43,496 bases of DNA from an uncultured archaeon (GCA_964508365.1 CAZDTP010000033.1:1-43496); one strand, 5' to 3'; shown: positions 1-9,343, counted from the stretch's first letter. Translations and numbers: made by a program. The notes: generated from the sequence alone by a model not told the origin.

Positions 1-1045
1 ATTCCAACCTATCGGCAGTTCCCTCCATAATTTCATCGGTAATATAAGCGTAGTCGACTCCGTAAGAAATTACTTGTCTAAAGGTTTGATTGATTAGATG
101 GCAATTCATACCCATATATTGTGTGACTAAGGATTGCTGTTCTTCTGCTGGATCATCACCAATTAAGGTAGTGCCTGCGTCAGCTGCAAATTGAGCGTGG
201 AATGATGGATGTGGATCGTCTAAGAATTGAATATCCTCTGATAGTAAGGCTAAATTTCTGGCGTTCGAATCAGTAATTCCTGAAAATATTAATTTCGTAA
301 TTCCTGAGTGGGTCCATCCCCCATAATAAGCTGGATATCGGGACATTACTACCTCAACACCAGCTTCGTACGAATCGTAAACCCAAGGACCAGTTCCAAC
401 TAGATCGCTTGTAGCTGTAACAAGGTACTCATCTTGAGGAGTACTTTTTGGTGATTGAATGTATGAACCGCTAAAGCATAACAAAGCTTGAAATGGAGCA
501 TATGGTTTATTAAGGACGAATTTTATAACATATTCGCTCACAACTACAGTATGGTCAACAATGGGCGTTCCATCGGGCCATACATATAACTCCTCGATTT
601 GAGTTACTCCCTCCAAGTTAGTGCCAGTTGTGTTTAAACACCAAGCCATTCTTTCCCAATTCCACTGAACTGCTGATGCGTTAAATGCGGTACCATCGTG
701 GAATGTAACACCTTGTTTGAGTGTAACAGTATAGTTTAAGTTACCTAAAGACCATATTCCGTCTGCTGTCGCAAGTCGTGGAATAATTGCAAGTTGGGGA
801 TCAGATAAATCATAAGCGTATAATCCTTCGCATACCTGATCAATAACATCACCAGAAGCACTATCCCAGGAAACTTGTGGGTCGAGGTCTACAGGCAGAT
901 ACATAGTTCCGAAGACGAGAGTAGTCTTGTCGTAACCACCGCCACCTCCACCGCCTCCTTGAAGTAAGAAAATAGCAATACCAATACCACCGCCAATAGC
1001 GATGATAGCTATAATTCCAATAGCGTAAATTGTTTTTTTTTCCAT
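1..1045 (-). CDS. ABC transporter substrate-binding protein, family 5 (peptide/nickel, OppA/DppA-like), 3'-partial
   Basis: Not in the ORF track because it runs off the window. Manual translation from ATG at 1045: MEKKTIYAIGIIAIIAIGGGIGIAIFLLQ-Gly8-YDKTTLVFGT...LDPQVSWD...VCEGLY...YTVTLKQGVTFHDGTAFNASAVQWN...VGTGPW. These are SBP_bac_5 motifs with an N-terminal TM anchor. The frame is open to base 2, and a GTGAT SD-like motif lies upstream. Confidence 0.87.
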   Translation of the reverse strand, partial: MEKKTIYAIGIIAIIAIGGGIGIAIFLLQGGGGGGGGYDKTTLVFGTMYLPVDLDPQVSWDSASGDVIDQVCEGLYAYDLSDPQLAIIPRLATADGIWSLGNLNYTVTLKQGVTFHDGTAFNASAVQWNWERMAWCLNTTGTNLEGVTQIEELYVWPDGTPIVDHTVVVSEYVIKFVLNKPYAPFQALLCFSGSYIQSPKSTPQDEYLVTATSDLVGTGPWVYDSYEAGVEVVMSRYPAYYGGWTHSGITKLIFSGITDSNARNLALLSEDIQFLDDPHPSFHAQFAADAGTTLIGDDPAEEQQSLVTQYMGMNCHLINQTFRQVISYGVDYAYITDEIMEGTADRLE

Positions 1046-1313
1046 ATTTTTATCACTTAAGTTATATATTTTTTTATTTTTATAGATTTATTGTTAAGTA
1101 TCTAGCTAATCTCCTAAACTTATAAGGTTTATTCTTTTTTTTATCACTTGTTAATACGAGATTTTTGTAGAGAGGACTGATTAGTTATGATTAAAACGGT
1201 TAACGCAGTTGAAAGTTAAAAGGTATTAGATCTTGCTTAAATTTAGTTTTATCGCTTCTAAAAGTTATTATATGGCATAATAATTAGGAAATTTATTTAG
1301 TAGAACATTTACT

Positions 1314-2243
1314 TCAAACGCTTATTATTCCTATTATAATGTCGTAATAAAATGAGGAGAATAGTAATAAAAAAAGCAAAATCCCCGAGATAATTATGCC
1401 TTTATCGAAAAAGGCTTTTTCGGGTCTCCTTGCTAATTCAGGTTTGGAGGAAGTTAAATACATAAACCGCATGATAATATAGAGAGAAATAGGAATCGTA
1501 AAAATCACAATATATTCTTGTAGATTTATAGTAGGTTCGAAAAGGTTAAATTTTAATATGAGATAAAGAGAATAAGTCATAAACAAAGAGCCCGCAATTA
1601 GAACATAAAATTGCTCTAGAAGTTTTAGAGAGTATTGATCGTAAACTCTTTTATGCTCAACAGCTTTATCCTTCCCAAGATATAGTAGATCACCCTTTCT
1701 TTTAGCAATGCTTAAAAACATAGCGATTTCGAATATTGCTAAAAATAGCCAAGCGGAGATGTATTCGTTTATTATAAGGACTCCAGATAATGCTCTCCAT
1801 AGATACCCCGTGGATAAGACCAATATATCGATAAATGCATAATTTTTAAAGAAATAATTATAAAGTTGCCCCGTTAAGATGATAAGAATTAACATAATTA
1901 TAAAACTAATATTTGGAATCAAAAATATAACACAAAAAACCATAATACCTACAATCGCTATTAAAAGTAACGCTGCGAAATACATTGGTAGTTCTCCAGA
2001 CGCTAAGGGTTTTTTTTTCATTTTTTCTTGATGCTTTTTATCGTGTTCTACATCTTTGATGTCGTTAACAATATAGTTGAAAGAAGAAGCGCAGCATAGC
2101 AAAATAAATCCTAAAATTAGGGGAAAAAAAAGCGTAGGATCAAAAATTTTCTTACTAAAAAACACACCAACGAAGATTAAAACGTTTTTATAATATTGTC
2201 TTACTCGCAGAAGGTGGGAAATGCTTCTAATTTTACTGGTCAT
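1314..2243 (-). CDS. UbiA-family prenyltransferase, decaprenyl-phosphate phosphoribosyltransferase-like subfamily
   Basis: LRVRQYYKNVLIF, YIVNDIKDVEHDKKH..K..KPLASG, FLSIAKRKGDL and RPEKAFFDK match the DPPR-synthase-like UbiA pattern; multi-TM. Confidence 0.78.
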   Translation of the reverse strand: MTSKIRSISHLLRVRQYYKNVLIFVGVFFSKKIFDPTLFFPLILGFILLCCASSFNYIVNDIKDVEHDKKHQEKMKKKPLASGELPMYFAALLLIAIVGIMVFCVIFLIPNISFIIMLILIILTGQLYNYFFKNYAFIDILVLSTGYLWRALSGVLIINEYISAWLFLAIFEIAMFLSIAKRKGDLLYLGKDKAVEHKRVYDQYSLKLLEQFYVLIAGSLFMTYSLYLILKFNLFEPTINLQEYIVIFTIPISLYIIMRFMYLTSSKPELARRPEKAFFDKGIIISGILLFLLLFSSFYYDIIIGIISV

Positions 2244-2271
2244 AATTAGATTTTAAAGAGAAGCATGCCAA

Positions 2272-4815
2272 TTAAACTTTGTTGAGATAAAAAATCTTTT
2301 CGGGTTTGAATTTTTTCAATATAAAATAGCCTAATTTACTAAAAATACTTGTCTCTGACTTCTTTTGAATGTTACCTGTAATGTGTTCGAAGGATAAGGC
2401 TTCTAACGATTTATAAGGTATTTTTATGTCTTTACCGAATATATTTTTGATGGTTATGTAATTAGATACCTCACTTTTTCCCTGATCCGGTTTTTTTTTT
2501 AAATTTTCAATATCTAATTTTATATCTTGAATATAGCCAATTTCTAAGTTATTAACTGGTTTTTTCAAATAAATATAAGTTCTAAGCTGTTTTTCTATCA
2601 ACCAATCAAAAATTTTTAGTTCTGATTTTCGAACTGTTTTATTTCTGTTTATCGTAATATAGGTATTTTTTGGCTTAATTATCAAATCCTTTAATTTATA
2701 ATGAAATGTTTTATCTCCATCATTTTGAGGGAGCATTTCAAAATATAGTTCAGAATTTTTAAAATTCTGTGAAATTTCTACTTTCAAACATCTAAGCATT
2801 ATTATTTCTCCTTTTGTATTGAAAAAAATATCTCTACCAGTAAACATTTTAATTGTCGATATAGAATTAGGTAATTTCGTTTTCTTTAACCGTTTAAAAA
2901 TCTTATGACCATCTTTATCCAAAAAAACATAATCTGCTTTAATTTGATCCGAGCTTATATCTATATCTATAAGATTTAAGATGCCTTCTTTTTCCAAAAA
3001 ATAATCCTCCCTTAGTGAAATTTGAGACTTAGTATATTCTGAAGAATTTAGATGGATTTTATTATTGTTTTTGAATTCTTTCACAAAGTATTCGTCAATT
3101 TCACATACATCATCATTAAATCTTACACTTTCTAATTTACCTACAATAATTTCGTCTGTAATCTTATGTTTAAATATAAAATCCTTTTCGAGTTCCAGTT
3201 TATAGAGTTCGATTCTGTTTAAATTTTGCATATAAGCAGAAATATCACTGATATTGAAATATTCTTTAAATTTTTCGCTAGCTATAACTTTAAATTTAAG
3301 CCGTGCTTTTTCAAACAGTATTGCATAATGTTTTTGATTTGATTTTTTTAAGCACAGAAAAGGGAGAAGCATTTCTTTTGTTGGTTTTAATGTATCATCT
3401 AGGATAGCAGCAATTCTATGATATGTGAGTGGATGAGAGTTTATGATATTACTAATCAGAGAGCTTCTTTTTGGTTTAATTATTGATTTGTTAATGTAAT
3501 CTGCAGTATCTAAGTAATTTAAAATTTCATTATTTTGTGTAATTTTTTCCTCGCTTAAAAGCATCGTATTCAATCCAAATTCACGTCCAGTGGCATAGAA
3601 GCTTTCTAAATTATAAAGTGCTTTTACGAGTTCATTAGCATATCCAATTTTCTTCGTTTTTTGATCGGCTTTCCCTTCTAATATTCTAACAAACATAAAC
3701 AAGATTATATATATTAGTAAGTTTAACAGAATAAAAAATATAAAGGGAAGCTGAGGATTACCAAATGTATAATCGTAATATGTAGCAGGAATACCAAACA
3801 GCATTCTAAAGATTAGGTCACCAGTGGTTAAAAAAGTCAAAATTAAAGTGTGCTTTCCCTTCGTATGTGCTAATTCATGAGCAATTATACCTTTTATTTC
3901 ATCTTCGGGTACTAATTTATAATTTTCTGCGATAAGGGCAATTCGTTTATCAAAAAACGAACCGTATGCCATAGCATTTATTATTGGATAATTACCTATC
4001 CCAACTTTTACTTTTCCTTTTATTCCAAGATCTGATTTTACACCTTCAATTAAATCTAATAGTCTTTTATCCTTAAGTGGTTTAATTCCAAGCATAAAAT
4101 CTAAAATTGGTCCAGAAATGAAATAAATAATCCAATTTATCGCCATTAATATTGTATACACATTCATGAAAAGTTCCCAGACGGAGAAATTGTTAAAAAG
4201 CAAAGCTTTCTGTGAGATAAAATTAAGAGGAGTATATTGGTTAATAAAAACAATAGCTAGCCAAGCAATAATATAAAGAAATAGTGTTAAATATTCAGGA
4301 GACATAAATCTCCAAATAACAATATATTTTCGACCAAATAAAATAAATCCTAATCCTAAAATTATCCAAAATGAAAAGGAAAAAGCTGTGTTTATTACAA
4401 TTGGGTTACCGATAATACTCGATATAATACCCGAGACAAAAATTACATTATAAGTTACCAGAGAAATTATTAAAATTTTATTCAAAACCGGGTAATCCTT
4501 TAATTCTGCTATACCAAACCATAGGTATATTGAAAATGCTCCCATAATTGAAGTGAAGACATCTTTTGAAATAAAAAAAATAAGAAAAAAAAAGAAAAGA
4601 AGAGCAACAAAATCGCTCATTTCGCTTCTTTTACTACTTTTAGCCCATCTATATAATTCTTCAATAGATAACAAGTAAAAAATGAAAAGGGCATAAAAAA
4701 TCCAATCACCTAATAATATAATCCATTCGTCTAGAAGAGAAATTGAAACTAGCAAAAGAGAAATGGTAATTAATAGAAAGATAATAAATAAACTAAAACG
4801 AGCGATTTTTTTCAT
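2272..4815 (-). CDS. htpX: M48 (HtpX/Ste24-like) membrane Zn-metalloprotease with extra N-terminal TM region and long soluble C-terminal extension
   Basis: INAMAYG, GIIAHELAHTK (HExxH), EGKAD (third-ligand Glu) and NSHPLTYHRI motifs; about 330-aa Lys-rich C-terminal region of unknown family. Confidence 0.72.
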   Translation of the reverse strand: MKKIARFSLFIIFLLITISLLLVSISLLDEWIILLGDWIFYALFIFYLLSIEELYRWAKSSKRSEMSDFVALLFFFFLIFFISKDVFTSIMGAFSIYLWFGIAELKDYPVLNKILIISLVTYNVIFVSGIISSIIGNPIVINTAFSFSFWIILGLGFILFGRKYIVIWRFMSPEYLTLFLYIIAWLAIVFINQYTPLNFISQKALLFNNFSVWELFMNVYTILMAINWIIYFISGPILDFMLGIKPLKDKRLLDLIEGVKSDLGIKGKVKVGIGNYPIINAMAYGSFFDKRIALIAENYKLVPEDEIKGIIAHELAHTKGKHTLILTFLTTGDLIFRMLFGIPATYYDYTFGNPQLPFIFFILLNLLIYIILFMFVRILEGKADQKTKKIGYANELVKALYNLESFYATGREFGLNTMLLSEEKITQNNEILNYLDTADYINKSIIKPKRSSLISNIINSHPLTYHRIAAILDDTLKPTKEMLLPFLCLKKSNQKHYAILFEKARLKFKVIASEKFKEYFNISDISAYMQNLNRIELYKLELEKDFIFKHKITDEIIVGKLESVRFNDDVCEIDEYFVKEFKNNNKIHLNSSEYTKSQISLREDYFLEKEGILNLIDIDISSDQIKADYVFLDKDGHKIFKRLKKTKLPNSISTIKMFTGRDIFFNTKGEIIMLRCLKVEISQNFKNSELYFEMLPQNDGDKTFHYKLKDLIIKPKNTYITINRNKTVRKSELKIFDWLIEKQLRTYIYLKKPVNNLEIGYIQDIKLDIENLKKKPDQGKSEVSNYITIKNIFGKDIKIPYKSLEALSFEHITGNIQKKSETSIFSKLGYFILKKFKPEKIFYLNKV

Positions 4816-4930
4816 TCTTCAATCCTTTATTTTAATGACTTTTAAAATATGATCAATTTATTTAATGATAAAAATTCAATTATCATTTTAGGGAAAAAAT
4901 CTAGGTTAAACCTCTTTATTTTAGTCAAAG

Positions 4931-6277
4931 TTATTTCTTCATTTTATTAATTTCAGACCAAAAGTATTTAATAGTGATATAATACCATAGTAAAAGTCCT
5001 GGTATTACTATAATTAAGGAAATTAGAATATTAGTAGGTATTATTAAACCAAAAATATTAATATCTATAAAATCTATGGGGATGATAAATAAATCAATAG
5101 CGACAAGATATAAATACCCTACTAGGATTGAAATTACCATGAGAACTACGATCCCCCTTATTCTAGGATACCGATACAATAAAAATACGGTAATTAATCC
5201 AAAAAAACCCGAAATTATTGTTATTGTAATAAGAGTTAATGTTGAATCCATCAATAGCGTTGTTAAAATAGCAAAAAAACCACATATTATCGAAAGTATG
5301 TAAAAATTTTTGACCAAATCTGGTTCTTTCATTGGTCCTTTAGCTAATATTAACCTAGGTAATGTTAAAACAGCGCTTTTTAGATCTGAAGCCTTTATAA
5401 GATCGTTTTCTACTAATAAAATGTCGCTTCTATTGTCTGAAATTTTACTACTTTCGAAAAACCCCTTTACAGAATAAATGACATAAAAGCTATTAAATAT
5501 ATGAATAAGCAATGCACAAAAAACTGCTGCTTCAAGAGAACCAATCAGTGCGATAGAAGCAAAAATTGCTCCAATACTTAGTGTTCCAACATCCCCTGGA
5601 AAAATTTTAGCTGGAAACTTGTTATATAAGAAAAATGGAATTAATATCGCTAAGGATATAACTGTAAATAATAAACCTTCTGCGGAATCCCATATAATAG
5701 AGCAAATCATCAAGGAAAATAAAGCTATAATCGATGTTCCTGAGCCTTCACCATTGTATCCTTCTAACATATTGACTGTATTAGCGAAAACAGCAACGAT
5801 CAAAGGAACGAGAATTGGATATATAACATTTAATCTTAATTTTCCCAAAAAGGGGATTGTAGGAGATTCGATTTGTATAAAACCAACAGAGTTTGCCAAA
5901 AATATCACTATTCCTGTAAAAATTGTTAACAACAGCTTGTATCTTGATCTTAATTTGATTCTGTCATCTATATAACCAATTAAACCAGAAATTACTACTG
6001 TTAAAACAAAAATCAAGATTTCATTAAAGAAATCTGGGAAAAATATAGTCAATAAAATAGCAGTAATTGATATACCAATGATAATAGAAATCCCACCAGA
6101 TTCCGGAACTTCATTTTTTAATGTCTTATGTATATCTATCCCCGTGTATCCTTTCCGTTTCATGATTTTTATAATATAAGGGATAATTACTAATGTTATA
6201 ACAAATCCTACAATGAAAGATATAACTAGGTAAATTGTTTCTAAAATACCCCAATTCATAGAGGATAGCCGAATCAT
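4931..6277 (-). CDS. aglH: Polyprenyl-phosphate GlcNAc-1-phosphate transferase (MraY/WecA/GPT family; AglH/Alg7-like)
   Basis: GIDIHK, VPESGG, IGYIDD, NTVNMLEGYNG, IFPGDVGT motifs; multi-TM. Assignment to the AglH/GPT subfamily is inferred from archaeal context. Confidence 0.78.
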   Translation of the reverse strand: MIRLSSMNWGILETIYLVISFIVGFVITLVIIPYIIKIMKRKGYTGIDIHKTLKNEVPESGGISIIIGISITAILLTIFFPDFFNEILIFVLTVVISGLIGYIDDRIKLRSRYKLLLTIFTGIVIFLANSVGFIQIESPTIPFLGKLRLNVIYPILVPLIVAVFANTVNMLEGYNGEGSGTSIIALFSLMICSIIWDSAEGLLFTVISLAILIPFFLYNKFPAKIFPGDVGTLSIGAIFASIALIGSLEAAVFCALLIHIFNSFYVIYSVKGFFESSKISDNRSDILLVENDLIKASDLKSAVLTLPRLILAKGPMKEPDLVKNFYILSIICGFFAILTTLLMDSTLTLITITIISGFFGLITVFLLYRYPRIRGIVVLMVISILVGYLYLVAIDLFIIPIDFIDINIFGLIIPTNILISLIIVIPGLLLWYYITIKYFWSEINKMKK

Positions 6278-6349
6278 ATTAAATCATTTAGTTTTGGATT
6301 AATTTTTTATTCTTATATTCAAATAAATCTTTTTAAAGAAAGGTGTAAT

Positions 6350-6451
6350 TAGCCCGGCACGGAGTTTCGATTATCGAGATGACTCGATAAATTTCGAACC
6401 GTGGTCACGGGGTTCAAGGCCCCAGATGCTTGGCCACTACACCACCGGGCT
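6350..6451 (-). tRNA. tRNA-Gln(UUG), intron-containing (29-nt intron at 59/60), no encoded CCA
   Basis: Minus strand: AGCCCGG..CCGGGCT acceptor with the archaeal Gln A1-U72 pair and A73; D-arm GTGT/GCAT; anticodon stem TGGGG/CCCCG with loop CCTTGAA (TTG at 6417-6415); T-arm CACGG/CCGTG. Intron removal gives TTCGAAT and a 73-nt tRNA. Confidence 0.92.
6364..6392 (-). other. tRNA intron at non-canonical position 59/60 with BHB motif
   Basis: Intron ATTTATCGAGTCATCTCGATAATCGAAAC. Central helix UUCG/CGAA, bulges AAA and ACU, inner 8-bp hairpin TTATCGAG/CTCGATAA. Cutting after nt 2 of each bulge restores the canonical T-loop. Confidence 0.87.
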
Positions 6452-6465
6452 TTAAAAATTATTTT

Positions 6466-7089
6466 TTATAGATTAAATGGTTTTAAATTTTGTTTAAAAA
6501 ATGTGTTATCTAATAAATCTTTATTGGTTTTCAGAAATAGAATATCTGCTTCTTTATCTCTATATTCATCCGGTAACATCTGCGGAATAGTTTCGGTGAT
6601 TGGGAACCATCTCTTACACTGAGAACAGAACAATATACCCGTTTCAATTTCAATTTCAGTTTTGAATTTGTTTAATAAATATAATTCTGGCAAAATAGTA
6701 TCAATATGTTCATTCATCAAATTGTTTGAGAAGGCTTTTATTTTTTGTTTTATATCATTTTGTATAATGTGAATGCATCGCTTACTTAGCTCAGATGAAG
6801 ATTTATCGAGCATATTATCTACTTCTTTAATGCTAGAAATTATTTTATTTATATAAATACCAAGTTTACTTTTTTCAATCACGATTTCGTCTTTCAGAAG
6901 TAATTCTTCATTTTTTTGCTCAATTTCAATAACTTTTTCCTTTTTAATACTAAATAAGTCTTTCTTATCATACGCTTCTAATATTTCTTTAAAGATATTT
7001 TCGTTTGTTTGAAAAGAGAAGATTATCAACTCTAGAGGAAAAAATTTGTCAATCGGACAAGCTAAAATGTCGCATAACCACGGTCTCAT
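6466..7089 (-). CDS. trm112: Trm112-family methyltransferase activator with large central insertion
   Basis: N-terminal MRPWLCDILACPIDK..PLEL and C-terminal EIETGILFCSQCKRWFPITETIPQML halves of Trm112, separated by about 120 aa. Confidence 0.75.
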   Translation of the reverse strand: MRPWLCDILACPIDKFFPLELIIFSFQTNENIFKEILEAYDKKDLFSIKKEKVIEIEQKNEELLLKDEIVIEKSKLGIYINKIISSIKEVDNMLDKSSSELSKRCIHIIQNDIKQKIKAFSNNLMNEHIDTILPELYLLNKFKTEIEIETGILFCSQCKRWFPITETIPQMLPDEYRDKEADILFLKTNKDLLDNTFFKQNLKPFNL

Positions 7090-7112
7090 TAATTCACCGA
7101 AATTTTTGTCAT

Positions 7113-8975
7113 TTATAATAAATAACTTCTTAGTTGTTGAATATACTTGTCGATCGATCTATCTAATTTTTTTCGTCTATTGAAGAAATCATCTGATAAT
7201 TTTTGGTAAGCTGCTTTAGAAGGTAATTTTCCTCTTTTATATCGCGTCTCCAAGAGATTTAAGCTATCCGAAATACTAATTCTTTCGGCATCTAACACAT
7301 CAAGTCTTTTTACAATATTATTGAATGTATCGTTCGTCTCCATCAATATTTTCTTAAAAGGGTGGATTTCTTCTTTGATCTGTTCAATTTTTGCTGTATT
7401 TTTGCTTAATAAATTCTTATAAGTCTTTTTTGCTAACTTCTTGCGTTTTGTCTCACTTTCTGCATTTCTAATTTCCAACACTAATGCATTTCTTTCTTCG
7501 TACAATGAACAAAATTCTCTAATTTCACTTGAAGGGATGAATTCTTTTTTGAAGATCGATACTTGTTCCTCTCTTTTTAGAGTTTTAATTGCAAAAACGA
7601 AAATCGACGATAATAAGGCAATGATCATAACGAACACAACAGGTCTAAGAAATGTTTCAAATAAATCAATAGTAAAAGTAAGTAGTATATCTTTTTTTAC
7701 TAGTGGACTTATATTTTGTGTGTTGTATACTATAACTTTGGAATTTCCCGAGTTATGCAAAGCTTCTGGTAATGAAGACATATAGTCAATACTACCACAA
7801 CCTTCGATAATTACATTGGTAGTTTGTTCGTATATTAAATATTCATATTTTGTCGTAAGTAAGTTTATTGAAATGGATTGTTGGAGCCAATTGTAAGATA
7901 AATATTTTTCAGGGGGTAGATAATATTCAAGAAAAAACTTAAATTTTGATGCTGGTGTCAGCGAAACTCTATTCTGGTATAATTCAATAGAAACGGTTTT
8001 TGTTGAAACATCATCAATAGATTCTATAAGGGATACCCCTAAGACTTCTCCCAGATCGTCATAAACTTTTACATTCGTTGCATCGATTGGAATTTTCATT
8101 GATAATTGAGCGACTTCAACAATCCCAACATTTTCAATCGTAATTTCTTCAACATTTTTAATAATACCCCAAGGAGATATGTAAATATATTTGTCTATCT
8201 TTTCTATTTCTAATTTTGATGTTGACCTATCTTTTACAGAAATTGTTGTTTCGTTATTCTCTCCTAAGTTTAGTAAAAAGGGCTCTAGATAGTTAAATTC
8301 TTCGCTATATTCTAAATCGTATAACACATTAGTATCCCCTATTGGAGTTCCCATTGGCCCAATTTGTGTATGATAATATAATGTTGATCCTTCGGGTAAC
8401 AGATAAGTTGATTTAATATTTCCTTCGCTCTTGTAAGGTAAAAGAGGGAAAAATTGTCCTTTAAATACTAAAAGTTGAGTAACTTCATCGTCAATATATG
8501 CAAACTGATAAGACATTAAATTCGTATATGAATGCAGAACAGTAAAAGTAATTCTTTGTGAAGGTAATAAAGGCATATCAAAATAAATAGTTATCATTTC
8601 GTAAATGTCCATTATTTCGTGGGATCTTTCGATTAATAGTGTGTTCTGTGCTTCACCAAAAGCGTTAAAATAAATTAAATTATTTGAATGTTCAACCTTT
8701 ATTCCAAATAAAATTGAATTAATCGGATTGTTATTATTATTTAAGATTGTTAGCCTATCCTTTATATTTACTAAACCAAAGGAACTTAAATTAGTGGTTC
8801 TTACCATATCTACCACTAAAAGGTTATTTGCTCCTTCTAAAGTCCTTGATAGCTGAGGGTCTTCATCTGAGAAATGATATTGATAATTGTATGAAAAATC
8901 ATCATGAATAGCTGAAAATACGATCATAAAAGATAAAAATCCAATAAATATAATAAAAAAACTTTTTCTTCTCAT
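7113..8975 (-). CDS. Ribophorin I (Rpn1/Ost1)-like oligosaccharyltransferase subunit homologue
   Basis: N-terminal signal/TM, beta-rich lumenal region with IDKYIYISPWGIIKNVEEITIEN, VYDDLGEV and RVSLTPASKFKFFLEYYLP (cf. Rpn1 IEVSHWGNIAVEE, RDEIGNI, RFPLFGGWK..Y..GYNLP), one TM, then a coiled-coil cytosolic tail. Ribophorin I homologues are known in Asgard archaea. Confidence 0.7.
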   Translation of the reverse strand: MRRKSFFIIFIGFLSFMIVFSAIHDDFSYNYQYHFSDEDPQLSRTLEGANNLLVVDMVRTTNLSSFGLVNIKDRLTILNNNNNPINSILFGIKVEHSNNLIYFNAFGEAQNTLLIERSHEIMDIYEMITIYFDMPLLPSQRITFTVLHSYTNLMSYQFAYIDDEVTQLLVFKGQFFPLLPYKSEGNIKSTYLLPEGSTLYYHTQIGPMGTPIGDTNVLYDLEYSEEFNYLEPFLLNLGENNETTISVKDRSTSKLEIEKIDKYIYISPWGIIKNVEEITIENVGIVEVAQLSMKIPIDATNVKVYDDLGEVLGVSLIESIDDVSTKTVSIELYQNRVSLTPASKFKFFLEYYLPPEKYLSYNWLQQSISINLLTTKYEYLIYEQTTNVIIEGCGSIDYMSSLPEALHNSGNSKVIVYNTQNISPLVKKDILLTFTIDLFETFLRPVVFVMIIALLSSIFVFAIKTLKREEQVSIFKKEFIPSSEIREFCSLYEERNALVLEIRNAESETKRKKLAKKTYKNLLSKNTAKIEQIKEEIHPFKKILMETNDTFNNIVKRLDVLDAERISISDSLNLLETRYKRGKLPSKAAYQKLSDDFFNRRKKLDRSIDKYIQQLRSYLL

Positions 8976-9127
8976 AATTCAATTCCTTTGTAAACTCGAA
9001 TTAACTAACAATAATTAATACCATTAATAAAAATTTATTATATTTATTTATATGATTCGAGATAAAACTTATTATTTGTGTTGTTTTAAATTTATTTAAT
9101 TAATAAAAATAATTGAGAAAATTATAA

Positions 9128-9343
9128 TTGTCGTCTCAACGCAGCCAATCAAAACGTAAAAAAAGGAGAAGCGGAAATGCACCAATGCCTTTAGGAGGCG
9201 CTGGTTTAATGAGGTTTTTTGAGGATAGTTCAATTGGAATTAAAATTAGCCCGACAACAACTGTAATTATAGCTACTGCTTTAATATTGATCGTCATTTT
9301 TGCTTGGTTAGGTATTTTTGATTGGTTGTTTACCCCCTCGTAA
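9128..9343 (+). CDS. secG: Preprotein translocase subunit Sec61beta (archaeal SecG/Sec-beta)
   Basis: Basic N-terminus, GAGLMRFFED...IKISP motif and a single C-terminal TM helix; TTG start. Confidence 0.86.
   Translation: MSSQRSQSKRKKRRSGNAPMPLGGAGLMRFFEDSSIGIKISPTTTVIIATALILIVIFAWLGIFDWLFTPS

Noticed and set aside
6363-6397. Alternative BHB register for the tRNA intron (central helix UCGA/UCGA)
   Set aside because: It would leave a 9-nt T-loop (TTCGAAACT); the UUCG/CGAA register gives the canonical TTCGAAT.
6401-6622. 73-aa plus-strand ORF
   Set aside because: Antisense to the tRNA-Gln and trm112; no recognisable motif.
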